Shown here piece by piece: positions 38,492 through 49,000 of a stretch of DNA of 64,000 bases. The translations under genes were made by a program, and so were the position numbers. Within the stretch, counting starts at the first letter, position 1. The number at the start of each line of letters is the position of its first letter. The DNA is from Azolla caroliniana (lineage: Eukaryota; Plantae; Polypodiophyta), in NCBI GenBank assembly GCA_043228905.1, contig JBHGNT010000003.1:6324001-6388000 (forward strand), written 5' to 3'. Under the pieces are notes generated by a model. That model was not told where the DNA came from and searched no databases. It worked only from the letters and a program-made list of their open reading frames with translations.

Positions 38492-41272
38492 TTACGGAGA
38501 ATCACTACTATAACTAATATACAATGACGATTCCTCCTCATCATCCTCGGATGTACCAATCAGTGCATTATCTTCGTCATAAACCAAATGGTTTGACTCT
38601 AGATTATATGTAGCAGATCTCGTTTGCCTTTGACTCGAGCCACCTTGTAGTCCTGGTAATTTTTCTTTTATTATATCTATTGTTGACTTCCTTAATCGTC
38701 CGGCTTTTGTAAGTGTGAAGTCGTACACGATGATATCCACATCAGAGATATCAAGGGTCGAGGTGTTACGAATGTTTCGCTTCCTCTTCCTACCTCCCCT
38801 TCTTGTTTGGCATTCAATCATCTCCAATGTATACTTACCTGTAAAAGCATTTGCACTTCTAGTGTTGTACCAATGAACATTTATAGACTTGATCGTGTTT
38901 TCTATTTCATGCATTAGCACTTCTAGAATTTTACCAACCCAAAATTGGTGGCCATGTGAGTTCTCATCAGCCGGCGTTGCAATCAACATCCCCGCGGTGA
39001 GCTCTTGCAAATTTCCTTGCCATCTAGCTTCGGCTGCTTTCGTCATCCTTGGTCCCAAATAAATGTCTCTTTGTTGTGGATGGACCAAGCTGTCATTAAT
39101 CGCATTTACTAGTTGCTCCGGACTTCTATTTACGCGATCATGTTGCAGCGACCATGTGAATGGCGTTTCCAAATTCCAATTATCAACAGATACACAATTG
39201 TCTATAATTTCTTTCTGATCACTATAAAATACATCCCACCATGACGTGTCTTGTTGTGCGGCATATTTCTTGGCGGCCTCAATATGCTTTCTTTTTTCTT
39301 CCAAGGCTTGGACCCATGACCGTTTTTGTTCTGATACCAAGTCGCTCTGCAACTGTCCTTTCTTCTCAATTGGCATTTGCTTAGCTCCATGGACAATTGT
39401 ACTCGGCATACAAAGTAATAACTGGCAACCACCTTCAGGTTCCCATGTTGTAGAAGATGAATATTGTTTAGCATACAAAAGTGTAGAACCACTTATTCCA
39501 TTTTTCTTTATCAAAAAAATGTGATTGGAACTTATATTGTTTAACTGAGCAAGCACTTTAACATTCCCACCACCCCCATCTAATATATATCTCTTAAAGT
39601 CATATACCTCCTTCAAGTGTAACACTTTTGGGCGTGGTGTATAAGCATCACAAATGACATCATATAGTTTAGGTAAAGTGAAAGCATCATGCCGAGACAA
39701 CTGTCTGGAGAATGTGCTAAACATCTGATCTATATGGTCATGTGTGTGGCCAACCAAAAGGAAATTGACTTTCACTTTCCTAAACAATTCTAGGTTGACT
39801 AACATACTTAGATAGCCAAATACAGTTGAATTTTTGTTCTCTCTAGCAGTATTGTCCAATTGAATGTACAGAACAGGGGGGAAAGGTTGTCCCCAAGACA
39901 TCAAAACTCGGTGAATCACTGTAACTGTTAGGTTAGGGTCATTGTGAACATTGGGGTAAGTAATGAAGACGTGAGGTCGAACAGACCTATTATAAGCGAA
40001 GCATCCCACCAAGTGCATTTGAACAAGGCACTCATCATTGACATCTTTGGGGAGCCTCCGCATATGCGGCAAGCATGTCTTCTTCTGGTCAATGCCATCT
40101 ATCATTAAGCACATGTATTGTTCGGGCCTCTTCAAACACTTCTCTCTATGATGCATCGCCTTCCTTCGTTCTAAGGATTGTGCCTCACGATGCTCTTGTA
40201 GTAACTTCTTACTCGTATCCTTTTCCATGGATGTCTTTGCACCTTTAGCCAAACTTTTAAGATTTGCACAAATGGAGCAATACCCCATACGTACTTTACA
40301 AGGAATAATAACATTTGAAAACCGAGCTCTCCATAATCTTGTGAATTGGCTATAGGTGATAGACTTATTACGTGAACCCAGCATATCAGATCGATAGACA
40401 TCATAAACTTCCCGACGTGTATAATTATCAGAAAGATGCATCCTACCTGTAGTGGGCATTACTTCACAATTTAACTGAAAGTAAGTTTTTATCTAGCCAA
40501 TAGCTAGTCTTCCAATTGCACCTTTCATACTTGGAACCTCTTTACAATTGAGCATCTGATCCCCGCTAAGTAGACATTGTTGTACTCTATGTAGCCGCAT
40601 GTTACTAACACATAACGCAATTTTGAATGCAACTCTACATATCTGTTGCGCATGGAAGATATAATACTCGAATGATACTTTGATCCCCGTACATTTGTCA
40701 GATACTAGTTGCATATGTGACCCGAGGTAAGTGTCTTGCTCATCACCGGTCATCGAAAAATAGTATCGCCTTAATTCTCGCAACTTTGATTTTCCAATCA
40801 TAGACATACAACCACGGGCACAACATATTTTGTTGACATCAAATCCAATCTGTTTATCTGATGTCACCAAGCTAAATCTAGCCAGACGAATTCTTCGTGG
40901 GATTCTTCTAATATGCATAGGGCTCCCAGATTTCTCTTCCTGCATAGAGGTTGGTGTAACCTTGTTACAGTCTAATTCTCTGTTGTGACCATCGCCAATG
41001 TTATTCAATGTTTCCTGGGCACTTCCTTCATTCTCGGTATCTTTATTAATATCGTATTCTTCAATAGAGAACTCTTCACATGTGTCATTATTTACATTCC
41101 CTGTAGATGAGCTCAGACAATATTCTTCGATAGAATATGGTGAGTCGGTCGACAGACAATATTCTTCAATCGAATATGGTGACTCTGTTGACAAACAATA
41201 CTCTTCAGTAGAAAACGATGGGTCTGATGACAAACAATATTCTTCAATCGAGAACGGTGAATCTTCACTCAT
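38492..41272 (-). pseudogene. putative DDD/E transposase (Sola-like), ~926 codons with one premature stop
   Basis: ORFs 41272-40493 and 40459-38492 are in the same frame, joined by *IKTYFQLNCEV (TAG, probably from TGG). Motifs CSIC, LMIDGIDQKK, YIQLDNTARENKN and FLLVGHTHDHIDQMFS. Superfamily assignment is inference from these motifs and the 4-bp TSD. Confidence 0.75.
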
Positions 41273-41279
41273 GGCTTAA

Positions 41280-42142
41280 GGTCTAGATAGGGCTCTCTAA
41301 GTTATGTGCTTAGGGTAAGGAAAAAAACTAATAAGCTCCTCTCTAAACATATACTCCTCTCTAAACATAAACTTCTCTCTAAACATAAACTTCTCTCTAA
41401 ACAAAAGCCAAATCAATAGAATGTCTATATTATGTAATATTCTATTAATACAATACATCAAAAAATTATTTTTAATAAAGTAATTGTACTTAAAATATCA
41501 ATTATTATATAAACTAGATCTATATGAAGTTAAATCAAGTAAAATATAAAACTAATCATTAACAAGCCATGAATATGTTGGATTAATGTTAAAATCATTG
41601 GCTAATTAATGGCACCCATTTTGATATAGAACGTCTCAATCATTGGTTCTTTAATGCTCACCATTTTAAATATTAGACTTATCAATCATTGGTTAATTCA
41701 TGCCAACATCTTTAATACATAGCATTTGAGAGTCATAAAATTTGTTGCTTTTAGTAATCAATCATTGGTACATTCATGAACCTCTATCATTGTCTCCTTC
41801 ATAACCTTTGAAGTCATTGCAGGTTGTTATGACTATAAAAGATTGATCAATATGTTAGTTTGACTTTGTAATCATTAATGCAATCATAAGTTACTCTAGT
41901 TAATGTGACTGTGGTTACCAACTAACTATCCTCAAACTTACCAACCTTGGTTAAGGTGACTATGGTTACTTTAACCAATGTGGTCAATCCCTATAAATAG
42001 GAAGACCTCGTCATATTTCACTCACCAGAGCGTACAGAGCGTACAGAGCACACAGAACGTAGAGAGCACACAAAGCACACAAAGCACACAGAGCACAAAG
42101 CACGAAAGCGCGATCTCCGCCTCCACTTCCACACGATCAACG
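41280..42142. promoter_or_regulatory. divergent promoter region between transposase and MTase genes
   Basis: TATA box CCTATAAATAG at ~41990; repeated AATCATTGG motifs at 41593-41768; ~18-bp ctctctaaacata repeats at 41339-41404; 9-bp cagagcaca-type repeats at 42026-42102. Confidence 0.55.
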
Positions 42143-45100
42143 ATGTCTTCAAAGAGAATCGAGCGCGAGGACTCCAGGTAGGCCTTTGACACTATGGACA
42201 TTTTTGTAAATATGTTTCGTTTCTCAAGAACTCGATACGCCGTATCGAGTTCATAATTTGTTTTTGCTTTTTATACAGGAACTCGATACGCCGTATCGAG
42301 TTCCTGTTTAATACCCACATTAAACAGGAACTCGATACGGCGTATTGAGTTCCTGTATATAAGAAGGCTTTGAGAGAGAAAAATTGTGTTTTTGGGGTAA
42401 CAAATAATTATGGGGTGGAAAAGATATCAAATTGTCTGGCAAAATCAGTCTTTTTTATGTTGACTTTCCTTACTTTTAAAAAAAAACATGCTCTAATTAT
42501 AGGTGTTTTATGACCTACTTTAGCTTAAAATAGTAGAAAATGATCCACAAATTGCCTTTACGATAGCAAATTCTCTTCAATATAGGTTTAGAATCTATAT
42601 AAGTCATACCTACTATTTAAAAGAATATATAACCCTGTTTACTTATTACGATATATATTTTCTAGGTTGAATAGCCCTGCCTATAATAGATTTTTGAATA
42701 TAGGACTGCTCCTGGGAACTGTTCTTCATTATAATATACAACCTTAATCTACGTGACTACCTAACTTATGTTTTTGCATATACTTTCTTAAATAGGTCGT
42801 TTGAGAACCTATCGGACCAACCCGTGAAGAAAATAAAGCTTCGCATACAAGGTTCTCCAATTGAAGCCCAGACCAAGGTAGCTCCTGAGACCATAAAGAG
42901 AGGAAAAAAGCTTCTATTTAACGAAGAGACAAAATCTCAGCCACATAGTGATGTTAGCCAAAAGAAACTTGTCGTCGCTACTGGAGGTGAAGACCTTCCT
43001 GACCGAGATCTAACGGACAAGGAATGGTGTATGCAATATGTCGACTCAAAGAAAAAAGTCGTATTGTATACATCAAAGAAGAAGGGTGAGGGGCAGCTTG
43101 GAAAGGAAATCCCATTTATGTATGGCCGTATTCTACGATTTGACTACGAAGATGCAGATTCGGCAAACATACTGGTAATGATAGAGTGCTCCAAGGGGGT
43201 ACGTAAAGTGTTCCTTTCAGAAGACCTTTTAGTAAAGGAATCTTGTGGGCCAGAAGTGTTCAAAAAAGCACTTGATAGCTCACAAAACCTTATTGTTACC
43301 TTGAGGCCTTATATACAAGGCCATGTAACTCTAAGAAATGAAGTGCCCTCCCCATTGAAGGCCACAAAAAAGGTATCCAAAGTCCAGTCAAGACCAGCAA
43401 AGAAGAAGACAACCAAAATGTCGGATACGGATTCAACAAGTGAAAACGAAGAGGAGGATAATAAGGGGACGCCAGGAGCTGAGCTGGCCTCGGGTGTTTT
43501 GTCATCTGAGCAGAATAAAATAAGGAGAGAGTTAATGCAACGGAAGTTGGTCAGGAAAGGGCAAGTGTTTAATTTGCCTATAACACACATCCATCGGCCC
43601 CCTATTGATGAAAAAACAGGTCGAAGACCACTTGAGATTAGAGAGCCTCACCGCATGCATGTTCAAAATCTCAAGAAAAAAATGAAAATTAATCCTCATG
43701 CCACTGTGGTGCCTTTTATTGTTATGGTAGATCCTGAAGAATGTGAAACCATTGAAGATTTTGATATTAGAAAGCATGATCAATATAATTATTTTGTCAT
43801 TGGTGGATCGCATTAAGCAGAGGCACGTTGGCAACTTGTGAGAGAACATCCAACCACTTTCTTCTTCAAGTATGCCGAGTGCAAAATTTATGTTGGGCTC
43901 ACAACCAAAGAGGCTAAGCTGTTGGCATGGGACCATAATAATGATAATGACTATAGGCAGAAAATGTCGTCCATTGAGCGTATACGGTTCTTCCACCACG
44001 AGTATTTAGATGTGAAACAAAAGTTTGGTGTGAAGTTACATCCAGGCCTTCGACGTCAATGTCTGCATGAAGTCGGCATTGTGGTAGATGATAATGTTAG
44101 GTCCGATGGTCTTCGAAAGTATGAGTCTTGGTTTCAATTGGCGTTTAGAGATGGAGAAGTATGGGACCTACAAGATCAAATCTTCTCAATGTGGGAGAAT
44201 AAGGAGGTAAAGGGTCAACGACAAAAGAAATGTAGGGTTGACCCTCAACTAGAGTTAGTCACAAGCCGCCAAGAAAATTGACTTGACAATTGAAGAAGCG
44301 GCAGATGACATGAAGCTGTCTCTATGGAGAGCGATGCAAGGTATTAAGGACGAGCAGCTTCTTGTGTCGGTTTTGTCAAGGGTTGTGGCGAAAGATTTAA
44401 GCCTTGAAGAAATGGTCACTGAGTTCAATAAGTAAGTCTTTCAAATACTGAAATTGTAGTCTATTTGGTGTAATTCAAAGTTCTAATCTTGATTTCTAAT
44501 TTTACAGTCATAAGGTGTACATGAAGATCCAAGAAGTTATGATGAAACAACTTGGATGTATAACTTGGGAACAAGTGACCGAGGATTATCCTCTAACGTC
44601 TTCGTATAAGGCGTTATCATAGTATTTTATTGCATTCAAGGATTGGGTTAGTATTCATGTTTTTTCATTACCCTTTCATCATATGTAGAGCTTGTATAAT
44701 AATACCTAATGTCCTATTGCTTCAATTAGAAACCGTGTCGAGGCAAGAAACAAGGAGAAGTTAAGGATATACACGATTTCCCTACATCCTTCCTTGCACA
44801 TCTCGAGCGAGCCAGAAAAGAAAAGGATCGTCGCTTAGTCAAGGCGTACGAAATGGAGGAAGATGGCTCGTTTAAAAATTTTAGCCACAAAAAAGATATT
44901 ACGAGAGATCTTTACTACAATGTGGTTTGCGGTGATGTCATCGACTTGATCCAGAAGATGCCAAAGAAGGAATATACGCTAATGATTGCGGATATTCCTT
45001 ACGGATTTCGAATGGTTGGGTCATCATACGACGATGAACCGTTTAGGTTTAAACAATTGGAGAAGATGGTCAAGGATTTCGCTAAGCTAACGACCGCATC

Positions 45101-46019
45101 CTTGTGGCGAATAGTTGTCTTTCATAGTATGGACCAAGGGTACTCGGTAGCTCAAGCTTTGAGATCTCGTTGCCATGGCATCGAGAACCTTGCATGGTAA
45201 GGATTATTTATAGGTGTCTTTCACTATATTGCATTTCTTAAGGTTGTTGAATCTATTCTTAACTCGATGAATTATTTTTTATAGAATCAAGACCAATGTA
45301 AATAGAGGGCCAACTTTTCGGTTCGTTAATGCCATTGAATACATAACGGTTGGCTACTTCGATGAAATTAAGAAATAGAGAATCAAAGAGCATTCTAATG
45401 AAGTGGGAGGTTCAAATCTGTTGGTATATCCAACAGTGACTCGGAAATTGCGACATGTCACCACGACAGAACGGGGACTTGTCAACCCATACCAAAAACC
45501 TCAATGACTTATGATGCGCTTGATCGAGATGTTTTCTGTCGAAGGAGACTGGATATTAGATCTCTTTTCTGGCACAGGTATTCCTCGAACTAGGGTAACG
45601 ATCTTGAGATAACCAATCACTTTTTTTTCGTTTGACAACTAAATCTTCTTGTTACTTACATCACAGGAACTACGTCAGCATGTGCATTGAAGCTGTTTAG
45701 AAATACAGTTGCATTGGAGAAAGACGAGGACCAAGTTATATTTATTAATATGCGGATTAAGGCTTTGTGGGAGTGCCCAGACCAGGATGAGGAGGTCGGT
45801 GCAAAGAACCTCGCCAATACATAAAGGTTTCAACCTGCTTCGCGAGAGCCTATTCCTCTATTAGCCGGCGAACCGGGGGAGCTAATAGAGCTTGATGATG
45901 AGCTTATAGAAGATATTTCGTTGGCTCGGCTAACAGGGGAAACCAATGCACGTATAGCCGAAGACAGTTCTACACAAGATGATGAAGAAAATGACGTTGA
46001 TGAATTGATTGCTATGTAA
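42143..46019 (+). pseudogene. ParB/Srx-like domain + beta-class N4-cytosine/N6-adenine DNA methyltransferase, 6 exons (~970 codons), disabled
   Basis: Exons 42143-42177, 42796-44431, 44508-44646, 44730-45196, 45285-45577 and 45667-46019. ParB-like: HVQNLKKKMK..PFIVMV..YFVIGGSH*AEAR. MTase: VVCGDVIDL..LMIADIPYG (motif IV, 44991), NPYQKP.*LMMRLIEMFSVEGDWILDLFSGTGTTSACALKLFRNTVALEKD (motifs X-I-II), in beta order. Stops at 43814, 44620, exon 4/5 junction, 45376, 45505 and 45822; frameshift at ~44260. Confidence 0.85.
42228..42359. repeat. three palindromes GAACTCGATACG(C/G)CGTATCGAGTTC in intron 1 of the MTase gene
   Basis: Copies at 42228-42252, 42275-42307 and 42324-42356; 42272-42359 also forms a hairpin with 41-bp arms and a 6-nt loop. 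Confidence 0.92.
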
Positions 46020-49000
46020 TAGACTCTATGAAGAATATGACACTGACGATTTGTTAAGATTTCACATTATTAATACAAATTTTGGGTTTTACCTAGTGGA
46101 TTCTATTCTTTATAATCTTCTATATGTTTCAATTTTATTTTTATATACTTGATTAGTAGATTTATGATATTGGTTTCACCGCGTGCATAGCTGACTACCA
46201 AACTTATGGAGAAACATGAACTAGTTTAAATGGAGGCTGATTTTGGTCCAAGCTAACCTTAACAGAACATGGCCCTATAATTGTTGCCATGACTGTCCAT
46301 GTTGTTATTATGGATCTTTGTCTTCTATTGTTAAAACTATTATGTTTCTATTCCATTGCTGCTTAGATTGTGTAGTGTGTTGATAATGGTTCCAGTTGCG
46401 TTATCGTTCAGAGTTTGATCTTGTGTGAATCACCTAAGCAATAGAGTAGATCAATTTTAAATACAGGTATGAAAGCCTAATAGGTTTGTTATTTCCACGA
46501 CATTATCCTAAAGTTCACCGCCTTACATTGTGCACAATTTTATACACATATGGTTTGATCCCATATGAACAAACTGAGGAATAGATTAGATCAACTTTAA
46601 ATACAAGTATTGAATACTTTAATAAGTTAGTTATTCCAATCACTTATCCTAATGTGCACTATCCTACATTTTCCACAATTACATACATGCACGTATGGGT
46701 CAAAGTATAAATTATATCTCATTTTATTAGTATGGATACAAGTACACCTCATATTTTTGTAAAACTTACCTAATTAATATAAGTCTTTAAGTTAGTGTTT
46801 CCCTTGTCGCACAGTAGTGACATATTGAGCCATAGTTGAACTTTATTATGCCTACATTAACTTATCAACATGTCTAAACTTGCATGATTTCTAATGATCT
46901 CCACTCGTAGATCTATCATGGTTTTTTATATTTGCAAATTCTCATCAAGTTGAGGAACATGTGATACTAGTGCATCCAATTTTTGTAGAGAGGGTGTATT
47001 TGCTTCGTTTTAAGAAGATTCTACAAGTGGAATGCGCAATCCTTCCACTTGTGAACGCGAACGTGTTTCGAGTGGTAGTACCGGTTGGTGTGGCATACGA
47101 GCCTGCTCCGTTGGCTGGCCCATTCTCTGGCATAGGTCACATTCTTTTGCGTACCGTACCGCATCTCTTAATGTCGTTGGCCACCATAGGCCACTTTGCC
47201 ATATTTTTCTGGCTGTCGCATCTTCGGCATAGTGACCTCCGGCAACTCCGCAGTGGGCTTCCCTCAGTATGAGTTCCTTTTCATCGCTGCGCACCGCCCG
47301 TCTCCATATGCCGTCAGCGCCCTTGTGGTCCAGTGTGTCTTGCAGTAAGCAGAAATGTCGGCTTTGTACCACCAGGCGTTTCCGTTCGTCCCGATTCAGC
47401 TCTTCCGGAGGCAGTTCTGTGCTCAGAAACTGGTGCATATTTGTGAGCCACTTGTCTTCCTGGGCCACTGTCTCATCTGCTGCCGTCTCCGTAGTGACTC
47501 GAAACAGCTCCGCATCCGGAAACTCATCCGGTACTCCGTCACCCGTCTCTCCGGACTCCAATCGGCTTAAGTAATCCGCTACAGCATGCTGTATACCGGG
47601 TCGGTGGAATATTTCAAACTCGAACTCCTGTAACAATAAGGTCCACCGGGCCAATTTGTCGGTGAGTGACGCCTTGGACACCAGGTAAAGGAGTGCCGAA
47701 TGATCTACATGGAAGGAAAACTTCCTTCCCAATAAATAGTGCCGAAACTTTGTCACATTGTAGATCATTCCTAGAGCTTCCCGTTCCGTAGTAGAGTAGT
47801 TCCGTTTTGCTTGGGATAGCTTCCGACTGGCATAGTACACTGGCCGGTACCACTTTGGTTCCGTAAGCTGCATCAATACGCTTCCGATTGCGATGTCAGA
47901 GGCGTCCACGAACACGTGAAATTCTTTACTCCAATCTGGAGGTTGTACTACCGGTGCCTGCGACAATAGTACCTTGAGGGCCTTATACGCCCTATCCTCA
48001 GTATCGGTCCACTGGAATGGTGTCCGATGTACGGCGGCATGCAACGGTGTAGCCAGGTCGGCCAAGTATCGGACCATCCGGCTGTGCCACCGGATCTAGC
48101 CTAAGAACCGGCTTAATGCCTTTGCCATTGCCGGCGCCGATGCTTCTAATATGGCTTTCACTTTGTCCGGGTCGACTGCAATACCTTCCTGGCTCACGAT
48201 ATGTCCTAATAAAGTTCCACTGGACACGCCAAATACACACTTTGCCGGATTCAAGCTTAGCCGGTACGCTCTACACTTTTCTAGACAAAGACGGAGGTGC
48301 TGAAAATGGTCCTCCTCCCGGCTATAGACGGCGAAATCGTTAAGGAAAACCTGCATAAAAGCCAGTATATATTCACCAAAGATTTCCATGATGATTCGTT
48401 GAAACGTTGCCGGTGCCGTTTTGAGTCCGAACATCATCACCACGGCCACAAACACCCCCCATTCGGTGATGAATGTCGTTTTCTCTTGGTCGTCGGGGTG
48501 CATCCGGATCTGATTATACCCGCTGAATCCGTCTAGGAAGCTATAGACCTCGTGGCCGGCGACGGCATCCAACACTCCATCTGTGAACGGAAGTGGAAAC
48601 GCATCTGTTACCGTAGCCGCATTGAGTTTCCGGTAGTCCACGCAAACTCGAATTTTTCCGTTCTTCTTCGGTACGACTACGATCGGGCTCAGCCATGTCG
48701 CTTTCTTTACCAGACGGATAAAGCCAACTCTTAGCAGTTTGTCGATTTCTTCCTTGACCTTGGTAGCATAATTGGGATTCATCCGGTACCGTCTTTGTGC
48801 CACTGGTTTTGCGTCCTTGCTCAAGTGCACTTGATGCTAGTATAACTGAGGGTCGAGTCCTCGCATGTCTTCGTATGACCAGGCGAATACGTCGCGAAAT
48901 TCCGTGAGAAGTGTTATCATCGCCGTTTTGTCTCCGGACTTCATCTCCTTGGCGATGTGCAATGGTTTTGCTTCGTCCGTGGTGCCTAAATTCACCTCTT

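Larger units (their letters stand above)
38134..47067. mobile_element. TIR DNA transposon (Sola-like), 8934 bp, carrying a transposase and a ParB-like/amino-methyltransferase gene
   Basis: 36-bp TIRs AACACGTTCGCGTTCACAAGTGGAAGGAT(C/T)GCGCAT at 38134-38169 and 47032-47067 (1 mismatch). TCGA duplicated at 38130-38133 and 47068-47071. The empty site (ccacTCGAgccatt) is in gypsy copy 1 at ~6341. Because TCGA is palindromic, a shorter TSD with longer TIRs is also formally possible. Confidence 0.93.
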
